Assembly: GCA_031399065.1 (NCBI GenBank)
Contig: JANNOM010000083.1
Coordinates: 1-64,000 of the forward strand
Reading direction: 5' to 3'
Origin: Chitinophagaceae bacterium
Lineage (GTDB): Bacteria > Bacteroidota > Bacteroidia > Chitinophagales > Chitinophagaceae
Length of the DNA: 64,000 bases
The position numbers were made by a program, and so were the translations under genes. The notes below the pieces were generated by a model. It did not search any database. It worked only from the letters and a program-made list of their open reading frames with translations, and was not told the DNA's origin. Of the stretch, positions 54,673 to 64,000 are shown in pieces. The first letter of the stretch is position 1. Each line of letters opens with the position of its first letter.

Positions 54673-56904
54673 ATGAAGCGATTTACCCGCAGTATTTATT
54701 ATTCTTTTCCCATACAGTTGCTGCTGCTTCATTTCAAGAAATTCCAGGTATTGCTTATTTTCTGGTATCTTCTTTTCAGTGCCATTAACGGCAGTTTCCT
54801 GAAAGGCTTCGGTGTGGATTCACTCTTTCTGGCTCCGGAATACCTGGGCAACGTAAACTGGCTGAGTGTTTCCTTCGTCGGCGTTTCCATAGGCATTTTT
54901 ATTATGAGCTGGAATGTCACCACTTTTATTCTATTCAGTCGTCATTTTAAGTTCCTCGCCACCACCACGAATCCCTTTCTCAAATACTGTATCAATAATG
55001 CACTGCTGCCGCTTATATTCCTGGTGTTTTATTTTGTAAAAGCCACTTCTTACGACATCTACAAAGAGCTGCTGCAATGGCCCGATATACTGGTGCTGAC
55101 CGCCGGGTTCTTATGCGGGTTCGTTTCCCTGTTAGCCGTTTCTTTTTATTATTTTTTCCGGGCAGATAAATCGATCGCCCTGCGCATTATGCCGGTATTG
55201 AGTGACCCGGAACTGTTTAAACGGGAGTTTACCGGCGATGTAACCATCATGCAAAACAAGAGCAGGCTTATAAAAGTGCACTCTTACGTGAATTCCTTTT
55301 TTTCCGTTAAGGCGGTAAGAGATGTGTCGCATTACAGTAACGCATTTATAGAAAAAGTATTCAGCCGTCACCACCTGGTGGCGGTAATTGCCATTTTTAT
55401 TGCCTTGTTCTTTTTATTTGTGGTCGGCTTTTTTATGGATAACAGCATTTTTCAGTTGCCGGCAGCTGCGAGTGTTACGGTGTTTTTTGCAATACTGGTA
55501 GCAGTAGCGGGGGCCTTCTCTTATTTTTTACAAAGCTGGAGTATCCCCTTTTTTATCGTTATTATCCTCCTGTTTAATTTATTGTATAGGTTCGACGTGA
55601 TAGACCCTACCAATAAAGCGTATGGACTTAATTACAGTAATAGCATACCCCGCCCGCCGTATACCAGGGAGGCCCTGCTGCAATTGTGTACGCCGGATAA
55701 AATAGCGGCAGACAAGCGGCAAATGATATCGGTACTGGAAAACTGGAAACGCAAACAATCCTCGCCCAAGCCCTTGTTATATTTTATTACTACCAGCGGT
55801 GGAGGCACGCGAAGTGCCACTTTTACCCTGAACGTACTGCAAAGACTGGATAGTCTGAGCGGGGGTAAACTGATGGACAAAACCTTCGCCATTACGGGAG
55901 CGTCCGGCGGTATGTTGGGGGCTGCTTACTTCAGGGAACTGGCACGCAGCCGTTCGGCCGACCCATCCATGCGACTGCAGGATAGAAAATATGTCGATCA
56001 TATTTCCGGCGATTTACTCAATCCCATGCTTTCTTCCTTTGTGGCGCGCGACCTGGCTTCCCCTGCACAGAAGTTTAAGGTGGGGGATTACACTTATATC
56101 AAAGACAGGGGTTATGCTTTTGAGCAAAAATTGTCGGAGAATACAGGCGGTTTGCTGAACAGGCAATTGAGAAGCATAGCGGCGGACGAAAAAGAAGCCA
56201 GGGTGCCTCTCCTCTTTTTTAATTCCGTTGTTACCAGCGACGGACGCAAAATGATACTGAGTACACAACCCGTGAGTTTTTTAATGAGACCATTGTACGA
56301 TACCAGCCAGGTATCTTCCATAGATCCCGATGCAGTGGACTTTGCCGCGATGTTCGCCAAACAGGACCCTATGAATCTCCGGATGCTGACGGCTTTACGA
56401 ATGAACGCCACTTTTCCCTATATTTTACCCAATGTATGGCTTCCTTCTTCGCCGGTAGTGGATGTAATGGATGCAGGGCTGCGGGACAATTTCGGCCAGG
56501 AATCTGCCCTCCGGTTCCTGTTCGTATTTAAAGACTGGATAAAAGAAAACACTTCAGGAGTAGTACTGATACAGATCCGTGACCGGAAGAACGGCGGCTG
56601 GGAGCATCCTTTTCAGTCTAAAAAAGTAACGGATATCTTTACCCGCCCGCTTTTGCTGCTGCAAAACAACTGGCACAAAATGCAGGAATATAACCAGAAC
56701 GACCTGCTGAGTTTATCGATGGATGTTTTGGATGGTAAATTAAGCCGGCTGGCTTTCGAGTACGTACCCCGCCAGGAAGAAGTGGCCGCAGCACTCAATT
56801 TCCATCTCACCAAAAGAGAAAAGCAGGATATTTTCGAATCGTTGACGAGCCCATCCAACGAAAAGGCTTTTCGTCAATTCAGCATAAAGCTGGGGGCTCG
56901 TTAG
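54673..56904 (+). CDS. Patatin-like phospholipase with large N-terminal polytopic membrane domain
   Basis: It has about 330 aa of TM helices followed by a patatin domain (oxyanion GGGTRS, GASGG = GXSXG nucleophile, DAG catalytic Asp). Confidence 0.8.
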   Translation: MKRFTRSIYYSFPIQLLLLHFKKFQVLLIFWYLLFSAINGSFLKGFGVDSLFLAPEYLGNVNWLSVSFVGVSIGIFIMSWNVTTFILFSRHFKFLATTTNPFLKYCINNALLPLIFLVFYFVKATSYDIYKELLQWPDILVLTAGFLCGFVSLLAVSFYYFFRADKSIALRIMPVLSDPELFKREFTGDVTIMQNKSRLIKVHSYVNSFFSVKAVRDVSHYSNAFIEKVFSRHHLVAVIAIFIALFFLFVVGFFMDNSIFQLPAAASVTVFFAILVAVAGAFSYFLQSWSIPFFIVIILLFNLLYRFDVIDPTNKAYGLNYSNSIPRPPYTREALLQLCTPDKIAADKRQMISVLENWKRKQSSPKPLLYFITTSGGGTRSATFTLNVLQRLDSLSGGKLMDKTFAITGASGGMLGAAYFRELARSRSADPSMRLQDRKYVDHISGDLLNPMLSSFVARDLASPAQKFKVGDYTYIKDRGYAFEQKLSENTGGLLNRQLRSIAADEKEARVPLLFFNSVVTSDGRKMILSTQPVSFLMRPLYDTSQVSSIDPDAVDFAAMFAKQDPMNLRMLTALRMNATFPYILPNVWLPSSPVVDVMDAGLRDNFGQESALRFLFVFKDWIKENTSGVVLIQIRDRKNGGWEHPFQSKKVTDIFTRPLLLLQNNWHKMQEYNQNDLLSLSMDVLDGKLSRLAFEYVPRQEEVAAALNFHLTKREKQDIFESLTSPSNEKAFRQFSIKLGAR

Positions 56905-57800
56905 GGCTGCAAAAGCCGGATGGCCTTTCGGGATATTTTTATTTCCAGCAGTTCATGTGTATTTACCGGCTCTCCGTCAATATGAAGGGGTGCCCGGCCC
57001 GGGTTGGCGATAGTTAGGCCAGGGGTCTGAAAATACAGGATGTTTTTGTTCTGAATCGCTTTGGTAGTATCCTGGCGTTTATACCATCCCTTCAGTTGGC
57101 CGAAAAGGTAAAAGGGCAATAATAATTTACTTGTTTTCTTTACCACTACGATGTCCAGCAGGCCATCGCTCAGGCTGGCTTTGGGAGCGATGGTGAAATT
57201 GTTACCAAACTGATTGCTGTTGGCGATACTGATAAAATAGGCTTCTGCCGAAAAGGTTTGCCCGTTTACGGAAAGTACAAAAGGGTAGGTTTTGCCATTA
57301 AAAAAATTACGCAGGGAAATGCGTATATAGGTGGCAAGCCCTCTTTCAGGCTGCTGTGCAAATTCGTGTGCAACCCGCGCATCGAAGCCCAGTCCGCAAA
57401 GCATGCAGGAGAATAATCCGTTGAGGTAAAACCCGTCCACATAGGAAGCGTTCCCCTTAACTATTACATCCAGCGCTTTTTCAGCCGATACGGGTATACC
57501 GGCGCACAGTGCCAGTCCATTACCCGAACCCATCGGGATAATCCCCGTATTTACATCCATACCTGCCAGTTCAGAAGATACAGCGTTCACTGATCCGTCG
57601 CCCCCGCAGATAACGATATCTGTTATTTTTTCATTAATTATCCTGTTTTTCAGAAAGCCATAATTTCCAGCAGCGTTAGTATATATTATCTCAAAGGGTA
57701 TTTTTGCGGCTTCAGAGGCCCGGATAATAGTATCCTTTATCACAGATTTACCTTTTGTACCCGATATGGGGTTGATGAGGTATACGATTTTACGCTCCAT
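56901..57800 (-). CDS. Diacylglycerol kinase-family lipid kinase (YegS/DgkA-cat type)
   Basis: It carries CGGDGS and DAGK_cat motifs. Its stop overlaps the patatin gene end by 4 nt (convergent). Confidence 0.85.
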   Translation of the reverse strand: MERKIVYLINPISGTKGKSVIKDTIIRASEAAKIPFEIIYTNAAGNYGFLKNRIINEKITDIVICGGDGSVNAVSSELAGMDVNTGIIPMGSGNGLALCAGIPVSAEKALDVIVKGNASYVDGFYLNGLFSCMLCGLGFDARVAHEFAQQPERGLATYIRISLRNFFNGKTYPFVLSVNGQTFSAEAYFISIANSNQFGNNFTIAPKASLSDGLLDIVVVKKTSKLLLPFYLFGQLKGWYKRQDTTKAIQNKNILYFQTPGLTIANPGRAPLHIDGEPVNTHELLEIKISRKAIRLLQP

Positions 57801-57993
57801 CCTGCAAAGTAATTATAAATAGAATGTGTAACGCATGAATTCTCTATGCCATCTGGCAGATAAATTGTACCTTTGCGCCTCGTTAAAAACGTTCTTGTAC
57901 AGATCTGCCCTAAAAAGCAACCGGACTGGAACTAAGATGAATTAAACAACGTCCGCAGGCCATTTGAGATCGTTTTTAAACTTTAATTTTATT

Positions 57994-59802
57994 ATGCAAA
58001 TCAGAAATATCGCAATTATTGCGCACGTCGATCACGGTAAAACTACACTGGTTGACAAAATACTGCACTCCACCAATGTTTTCAGGGCTAACCAGGATAC
58101 AGGCGACTTGATAATGGACAGCAACGATCTTGAAAGGGAAAGGGGTATCACTATCTTTAGTAAAAACGCTGCCGTAGAGTATAAAGACACAAAGATCAAT
58201 GTGATCGATACTCCTGGTCACTCCGACTTTGGAGGTGAAGTAGAAAGAGTACTTAAAATGGCAGACGGCGTTCTGCTGCTGGTAGATGCTTTTGAAGGAC
58301 CCATGCCCCAGACACGTTTTGTGCTTCAGAAGGCACTTAAGCTGGGCCTTCGCCCGATAGTGGTAATCAATAAGGTGGATAAGCCAAATTGCCGCCCGGA
58401 TGAAGTACACGATGCAGTATTCGAACTGTTTTTCAACCTCGACGCTACGGAAGAGCAGCTTAATTTCCCCACCTTTTATGGTTCCGGGAAAAATGGCTGG
58501 TTCAACGATAAAAACGAACAATGTGAAGGCATTACGCCTTTGTTGGATGGTATACTTCAATATGTACCACCACCCAAAATATCAGAAGGCCCGCTACAAA
58601 TGCAGATCACTTCTCTTGACTATTCCTCTTTCCTGGGCCGAATAGCCGTAGGCAAGGTAGCGAGGGGATCCATCAAAGAAGGAGTGCAATATGCACTGAT
58701 GCAGGCCGACGGAACTATCAAGCGTCCGAAGGTGAAAGAGCTGTACACTTTTATGGGTATGGGTAAAAAGAAAGCAACGGAAGTAATTGCGGGTGATATC
58801 TGTGCAGTAGTAGGCCTGGAAGATTTTAATATAGGTGATACGATCGCAGACAACGAAAATCCTGAAGCGCTACCTGTTATCAGCGTAGACGAACCGACCA
58901 TGAGCATGCTGTTTGGTATCAACAACTCCCCGTTCTTCGGGCGGGAAGGCAAGTTCGTTACCAGCCGCCACCTGCGGGATCGTCTTATAAAAGAAACAGA
59001 AAAGAACCTGGCACTCCGGGTAGAAGATACGGACAGTGCGGATAGCTTACTGGTTTTCGGCCGGGGTATTCTTCACCTGGGAATTTTGATTGAAACGATG
59101 CGTAGAGAGGGATTTGAGCTTACCATTGGTCAGCCACAGGTACTGGTAAAAGAAATAGAAGGTAAGAAGAACGAACCGTATGAAATATTGGTGGTGGATG
59201 TGCCCGGCGATTACAGCGGTAAAGTAATTGACCTGGTTACGCAGCGCAAGGGAGAAATGCTGATTATGGAAAGCAAGGGCGAAATGCAGCACCTGGAGTT
59301 CGAGATTCCTTCCAGGGGTCTTATAGGTCTGCGCTCCCAGATGCTTACCAATACGGCCGGAGAAGCCGTAATGGCGCATCGTTTTCTGGAATACAAACCT
59401 TGGAAAGGATCTATTCCCGGCAGGAATAACGGGGTACTGCTTTCCAAAAACCAGGAGCGTACAACAGGTTATTCTATCGATAAATTACAGGATCGTGGTA
59501 AGTTTTTCGTAGATCCGGGAGAAGAAGTATATACCGGCCAGATTATAGCCGAGCATATCAAGCCCGGAGACCTGGTAGTAAATGCCACCGAACCCAAGAA
59601 GCTCACCAACCATCGGGCAAGCGGCAGCGACGATGCATCCCGCATTGCGCCCAAAACCCTGCTTACGCTGGAAGAGTGTATGGAATACATTCAGCACGAC
59701 GAATGCATAGAAGTAACACCGAAAAGCATCCGGATGCGTAAACTGATACTGGATGAGGATGAGAGAAAGCGCGTCTCCAAGAAATTGGGCGCAGAAGCTT
59801 GA
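57994..59802 (+). CDS. typA: Translational GTPase TypA/BipA
   Basis: It has G1 (AHVDHGKTT) to G5 motifs and an EF-G-like domain architecture. Confidence 0.95.
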   Translation: MQIRNIAIIAHVDHGKTTLVDKILHSTNVFRANQDTGDLIMDSNDLERERGITIFSKNAAVEYKDTKINVIDTPGHSDFGGEVERVLKMADGVLLLVDAFEGPMPQTRFVLQKALKLGLRPIVVINKVDKPNCRPDEVHDAVFELFFNLDATEEQLNFPTFYGSGKNGWFNDKNEQCEGITPLLDGILQYVPPPKISEGPLQMQITSLDYSSFLGRIAVGKVARGSIKEGVQYALMQADGTIKRPKVKELYTFMGMGKKKATEVIAGDICAVVGLEDFNIGDTIADNENPEALPVISVDEPTMSMLFGINNSPFFGREGKFVTSRHLRDRLIKETEKNLALRVEDTDSADSLLVFGRGILHLGILIETMRREGFELTIGQPQVLVKEIEGKKNEPYEILVVDVPGDYSGKVIDLVTQRKGEMLIMESKGEMQHLEFEIPSRGLIGLRSQMLTNTAGEAVMAHRFLEYKPWKGSIPGRNNGVLLSKNQERTTGYSIDKLQDRGKFFVDPGEEVYTGQIIAEHIKPGDLVVNATEPKKLTNHRASGSDDASRIAPKTLLTLEECMEYIQHDECIEVTPKSIRMRKLILDEDERKRVSKKLGAEA

Positions 59803-59823
59803 TTTTGAATACATTATTTATAG

Positions 59824-59849
59824 TAAAAGCCCCTGATTGGGGCTTTTTT
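59824..59849 (+). terminator. typA rho-independent terminator
   Basis: AAAAGCCCCTGATTGGGGCTTTTTT. Confidence 0.75.
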
Positions 59850-59943
59850 AATGTGCGGTATCCACATGATGGATACTAAACCGGTGCTGTTTACCGTTAT
59901 CCTATCCAATATTCCGTTCGCATTTTTTATTTAAAGTCCATCC

Positions 59944-60846
59944 ATGAGAACAAAGTTAATAGCCTGCATTGCAGGATTATGCCTCATTACCACACTTTAT
60001 ATCACCTACAGGTTATATGATCTGAGTGCTATTATTCCACAATTGAGTATCAAAACAGCGGCCCTGGACGAAAGGATATCCAAAACCGAGACGCTTAATC
60101 AGCAAAATGCCGATGAGATAGCCAATATAGGCAAGTTCGTACGGTCTCAGAAAAAGGAAACAGAGTACGAGTCTTTTGAAAAATATGATGGGGAAACTGC
60201 ACCTGAAGTATATAAAAACACTAAGAAGAGTTCAAAACAGGCCAGGAATAAAAAAATTAACCGTAGGCCAAATAGCGAAGAAAACAACCCGGAAACAAAT
60301 GCGGTAAGAACAAACACAGTACTTTCCAATAGCGATCGTCCAGTTACAATCTCCAAAGCGGTGAACAATGTACCGGAAGAAAGTCCAAAAGGCATCTCTT
60401 ACGGATTGCTGAACGAACGTATGCATTTGCTAAAGTCTTATGCGTCGGACAATAGCCTGGATAAAGACTATGCACTGATAGCGGACCTTGGCATCAGTTC
60501 CGGGAAAAAGAGATTTTACCTGGTAGACCTCAACAAAATGTCCATTGCCAAAAGCGGCCTGGTAGCTTATTCCAAAAAAGGCGATAACGGTGGTGCTGCC
60601 AGGGTGTTCCGGGTAGAAAGGACAGGTATGGAGTTTTATGAATTATACAGCCTTGATAAAAACGGTAATGTCGTATCTCCGGAACCGGAGATCCTTAGCC
60701 CTGTAAAATGCGTACCAAATAGCGAGGCGGAGGGATTTGCCTGTGAAAGTGATGGCGGTCCCGGTCTTTCGCCCAAACTGTTCGGAGAAATACACCAGCT
60801 TATAAAATCGAGAAAAAAGCCGATGCTTTTGTGGATGTTTAAATAA
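59944..60846 (+). CDS. Hypothetical secreted protein, distantly similar to the YkuD_2-like family
   Basis: It has a signal anchor and an Asn/Lys-rich linker. The C-terminal region (KKRFYLVDLNKMSIAKSGLVAYSKKGDNGG...EGFACESDGG) parallels KRLFVIDLSSGALLFNTFVSHGKNSG...SLGCPAV of the two paralogs. Confidence 0.4.
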   Translation: MRTKLIACIAGLCLITTLYITYRLYDLSAIIPQLSIKTAALDERISKTETLNQQNADEIANIGKFVRSQKKETEYESFEKYDGETAPEVYKNTKKSSKQARNKKINRRPNSEENNPETNAVRTNTVLSNSDRPVTISKAVNNVPEESPKGISYGLLNERMHLLKSYASDNSLDKDYALIADLGISSGKKRFYLVDLNKMSIAKSGLVAYSKKGDNGGAARVFRVERTGMEFYELYSLDKNGNVVSPEPEILSPVKCVPNSEAEGFACESDGGPGLSPKLFGEIHQLIKSRKKPMLLWMFK

Positions 60847-60867
60847 CTTTGCACAAACGTTCAGCAA

Positions 60868-61080
60868 ATGAAAAAGTGGAGTGTGGCAGTTTTATTTATA
60901 ATGATCTTTTGCTTTTGTACTTATACATCCGGGGCACAGTGTTCCATTTGTACAAAAACAGCCCAGCAGATGGGCGAAAAGCCGGCCCAGGCCCTTAACC
61001 TGGGCATCGTTTACCTGGCTTTTGCACCTATTGCTATCTTCAGTATCATTGGTTATAAATGGTACAAGAATAACCGGTAG
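60868..61080 (+). CDS. Small membrane protein (hypothetical)
   Basis: 70 aa with a signal peptide, a CSIC motif and a C-terminal TM segment. Confidence 0.4.
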   Translation: MKKWSVAVLFIMIFCFCTYTSGAQCSICTKTAQQMGEKPAQALNLGIVYLAFAPIAIFSIIGYKWYKNNR

Positions 61081-61089
61081 TCATTGCCC

Positions 61090-61992
61090 TTATATTTCTT
61101 GTTCACTTACGAAAGCATACAGGTTAAAAGGCCCTGCCTTCCTGGCGGCGGCTATCTTTTCTTTTAGCAGTTGCTTTGTTATATCCTTCATTCTTTTTTG
61201 CCTTACCAGTTGCCAGGCTTTTTCAGCCAGCAGCCAGTTTTTCTGATCGTTACTTTTCAGTATGCTATGGTGTTCTGTTATCTTTTCAACTAACTCAGTA
61301 ATTCCTTTGTTCTCGCTGGCCACCGTTTTTACAATAGCCACTTCGCCGATATGGTTGCTGAATGCAGGAGCCAGCATCAGTTGCAGGTTCTTCACAAACG
61401 ATTCGGCACCCGGCCGGTCCGATTTGTTCACTACAAAAATATCGGCAATTTCCATAACGCCGGCTTTCATAGTCTGTACTTCGTCGCCGCCCTCGGGCAC
61501 TACTACCAGTATGGTGGTATCGGCAAGTCCGGCAATTTCAATTTCACTCTGACCTATACCTACTGTCTCTACGATCACCATATCGAAGCCGGCCGCCTTC
61601 ACCAGGTCGGTGATCTCTATTATTTTGGGACTGAGTCCGCCCAACGCTCCCCGGGATGCCAGCGAACGGATATACACATCTGGATGATTGTACCATTCGC
61701 TCATACGTATACGGTCGCCCAGTAAAGCACCGCGGTTAAAGGGCGAAGAAGGATCTACGCAAAGGATGGCAATCTTTTTTCCGGAGGCCAGCAGTTCCTT
61801 CAGCAGGGCGTTGGTAAGCGTGCTTTTGCCTGCGCCCGGCGATCCCGTGATGCCGATAACGGGTGTATCGCTTTCTGGCAAGGCGCGCAACAGTTCTATA
61901 TACCCGGGCACTTCATTTTCTATCCAGGAAATGGAACGGGCGATGGTGGGTATATGTCCCTTCACTATGTTATGATAAACGGAATCTGGCAT
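61090..61992 (-). CDS. meaB: Methylmalonyl-CoA mutase-associated GTPase MeaB (ArgK family)
   Basis: It carries Walker A (GITGSPGAGKST) and ArgK/MeaB G-motifs. Confidence 0.85.
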   Translation of the reverse strand: MPDSVYHNIVKGHIPTIARSISWIENEVPGYIELLRALPESDTPVIGITGSPGAGKSTLTNALLKELLASGKKIAILCVDPSSPFNRGALLGDRIRMSEWYNHPDVYIRSLASRGALGGLSPKIIEITDLVKAAGFDMVIVETVGIGQSEIEIAGLADTTILVVVPEGGDEVQTMKAGVMEIADIFVVNKSDRPGAESFVKNLQLMLAPAFSNHIGEVAIVKTVASENKGITELVEKITEHHSILKSNDQKNWLLAEKAWQLVRQKRMKDITKQLLKEKIAAARKAGPFNLYAFVSEQEI

Positions 61993-62091
61993 GCCGGCTG
62001 TTTATTGATCGCTGCTGAATCGGGTTTAAACATAATCAATATAGTTAAAACAACATGGCGGTTTAACTATATTGCAGTATATTTTATCTGT

Positions 62092-62994
62092 ATGTCCCAT
62101 TCATCCAAAGCGCCTTATGTTCCGCAAGCCTGGGAAAATACATCCTGCCCATTCTGCAGGTCGGAAGAAAACAAGCTGTACGAAAAGTTTGGCAGCGAGC
62201 TGCAATATACATACGTGCGCTGTAAAAATTGCGGGTTAATATACCAGAATCCTCGCCCCGTGTACAACCAGCATTTTATAGACGCGGCTTATGCCGATTA
62301 CTACCAGTACGCAGAAAACCTCACGCTCGAAGACCTTACGCGGGTGCGGGAGTCTTCTCTCGATATGTTCCGGGAGGAAGTGCGGTACATCAGCCGCTTC
62401 GATAAAAAGAAAACGGCGGTACTGGATGTAGGCAGTGGTATGGGAACTTTTTTGTATGCCGCTAAAGACATTTACCCAAAAGCAGTGGGCCTGGACGTAT
62501 CGCAAAAGATGGCGGCTTTTATAGAGAAAAATATGGGGCTGAAAGTGTATGTTGAACAGTTGGAGAAATTTAATTACCCGGGCAAATTTTCACTGATACA
62601 TCTGAGTCATGTGATAGAGCATGTGCCCAACCCGAATGAATGGCTGCAGAAGGTAAAGCAGTTGATGGATGCGGATAGCATACTGGTGATCAATGTGCCC
62701 AATAAACACTCGCTCGGCGGAAGGGTAAAATACCTGTTGTACAGGATAGGTCTGAAGAGACAGGTATCCTCCGGTATGAACGATGCGTCCAAAACCCCCG
62801 ACCACCTGTACGAGCCAACCGTCCGCAGCCTCCGGATGGTACTGGATAAACACGGGCTGGAGATCATAGAGCTGTTTACATATAGCCGGAAAGATCCTAC
62901 TTCTACCCGTTCGGCTTTTTCCAGGATATTAAACAGGACGTTTCATGGAGGCACCAATATTTCTGCTATTTGTAAAATGAAGAATGGCGTGTAA
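62092..62994 (+). CDS. Class I SAM-dependent methyltransferase with N-terminal Zn-ribbon
   Basis: It has CPFC...CKNC cysteines and SAM motif I (VLDVGSGMG). Confidence 0.75.
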   Translation: MSHSSKAPYVPQAWENTSCPFCRSEENKLYEKFGSELQYTYVRCKNCGLIYQNPRPVYNQHFIDAAYADYYQYAENLTLEDLTRVRESSLDMFREEVRYISRFDKKKTAVLDVGSGMGTFLYAAKDIYPKAVGLDVSQKMAAFIEKNMGLKVYVEQLEKFNYPGKFSLIHLSHVIEHVPNPNEWLQKVKQLMDADSILVINVPNKHSLGGRVKYLLYRIGLKRQVSSGMNDASKTPDHLYEPTVRSLRMVLDKHGLEIIELFTYSRKDPTSTRSAFSRILNRTFHGGTNISAICKMKNGV

Positions 62995-63011
62995 GCTGTA
63001 AGCTATCAGGG

Positions 63012-63995
63012 TTACTTCCAAGGCAGGAACTTTTCCGTTTGTTGTTCTATCAGCTTCGGCTTAACCGTATTAAGCGCATACCCGTTCAAAATCCGTTCAT
63101 ATTTCCTGAGGTATTCAGTTGCCATTTTGTGTGAGTTAAAATGTTCGGCTGCCCATTCATGGCATCGCTTCGCGGAATATTTACCAGCCTGCTCTACGGC
63201 TTCTACCAGTTCCCGGGAATCGCTGGAAAGGAAACCCACATCTCCCGGCACCAGTTCCGGCAAGGAGCCATAAGGAGTACCAAAAACGGGGCATCCGAAA
63301 TACAGGCTTTCTATAATGGCCAGTCCGAACGGTTCGTGCCATTTTACCGGGAATATCAATCCTTTGGAGTGGCGGAGCAGCCGGTTCTTTTTTTCTCCGC
63401 CTACCGTTCCATAAAAACCAGCCCTCGTACTAAGCGTGAACCGGAACCCCATGCGAAGGTTCAGCCGTTGGCCGCCGAGTATTTTAATGCGCTCCGATGC
63501 AGTACGGTCTATGATATCGATCGCACCTTTAACGTTCTTCAGCCTCCAGGCGGCATTACCGAGAAAGTGAAAATAAGAGCGGGGAGCCTGGAGATCCGGG
63601 GGTCCGTAATCGTTCCAGTCAAGACCATTATGCACAAACGAAGCAGCCCCGAAACGGGCAGCATGATTGCGGGATACGAATACGGTATTGATATCCAGCT
63701 CCTGCGCATCGTTTCGGTTACCATGCATCGTTACCAGGTTAGGAAGCCCGATTGTTTCTTCGGGCATAAAATGAAAGTGCACGATGTCGACATTGGATGG
63801 AATCTGTTGAGATATAGGCTTTGATTCATCCAGGAACAGCACTTTACCGAAATCGCAATAAGAGTCTTTTTTTACCAGGTAAGTAATGGTGTGACCGGCT
63901 TTCGCCAGTTCTCTGCCCAGGTACCAGATCACCCGTTCCGTGCCGCCATATTCCATAACCGGTATCCGGCTGTTATTTACGATCAGGATATTCAT
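63012..63995 (-). CDS. Glycosyltransferase family 4-like protein
   Basis: It has N-terminal GT4 features (ILIVNNSRIPVMEYGGTERVIWYLGRELAKAGHTITYLV) and a C-terminal E-x7-E-like region. Confidence 0.75.
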   Translation of the reverse strand: MNILIVNNSRIPVMEYGGTERVIWYLGRELAKAGHTITYLVKKDSYCDFGKVLFLDESKPISQQIPSNVDIVHFHFMPEETIGLPNLVTMHGNRNDAQELDINTVFVSRNHAARFGAASFVHNGLDWNDYGPPDLQAPRSYFHFLGNAAWRLKNVKGAIDIIDRTASERIKILGGQRLNLRMGFRFTLSTRAGFYGTVGGEKKNRLLRHSKGLIFPVKWHEPFGLAIIESLYFGCPVFGTPYGSLPELVPGDVGFLSSDSRELVEAVEQAGKYSAKRCHEWAAEHFNSHKMATEYLRKYERILNGYALNTVKPKLIEQQTEKFLPWK

Positions 63996-64000
63996 GTGTG

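Noticed and set aside
1-64000. CRISPR arrays, IS elements/transposases, integrases, and known defence-system gene signatures (restriction-modification, CBASS cyclase, Abi, TA pairs).
   Set aside because: No spacer-repeat periodicity and no DDE or tyrosine/serine recombinase-like ORFs were seen. The tandem repeats at 6870-6976 and 25375-25466 have no unique spacers. The patatin protein has no cyclase or sensor partner and instead pairs with a lipid kinase.

Overview
This 64 kb window looks like a Bacteroidota chromosome (Chitinophagaceae/Sphingobacteriia-like proteins, lipoprotein signal peptides, TAnnTTTG -7 promoter elements, weak Shine-Dalgarno use). Most of it is ordinary housekeeping. That includes a TetR-controlled RND efflux operon (tetR-MFP-RND-OMF, 1-6112, minus strand), DNA repair and replication genes (recQ, polA, uvrB, recA, a UvrD-family helicase, rnhB), rpoN, typA/bipA, ctaA, kpsF-manC, osmC, a MerC/SCO1/Fur metal cluster, and an M3 oligoendopeptidase. 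There is also an ECF sigma / anti-sigma / Spy-like envelope stress cluster behind a Gly-rich outer membrane beta-barrel protein, several L,D-transpeptidase-related genes, and a membrane-anchored patatin followed by a DAG kinase. The one clearly accessory segment is about 8.46-12.1 kb. It holds a tightly packed array of at least eight tRNA genes on the minus strand, with non-canonical features. These include a second tRNA-Phe that differs from the canonical tRNA-Phe at 11975-12047, an AUA-decoding tRNA-Ile with a UAU anticodon, U1-A72 pairs, and a degenerate Glu-like gene. A DUF458/YkuK RNase-H-like gene sits inside the array. Around it are tRNA-derived fragments, a RhuM-family gene, a truncated and frameshifted AraC remnant, and a 55-codon ORF bracketed by terminators. 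I read this segment as the remnant of a tRNA-Phe-targeted integrative element carrying its own tRNA set. I found no CRISPR array, no transposase or integrase, and no recognisable known defence system. Other things worth a second look are two intergenic minisatellite-like tandem repeats, an 11-bp palindrome repeated at both promoters of the tetR-efflux operon, an AT-rich segment bracketed by terminators between recA and uvrB, and a radical SAM/SPASM-MarR operon with no visible precursor peptide. All tRNA folds and coordinates were worked out by hand and should be checked with tRNAscan-SE or ARAGORN.
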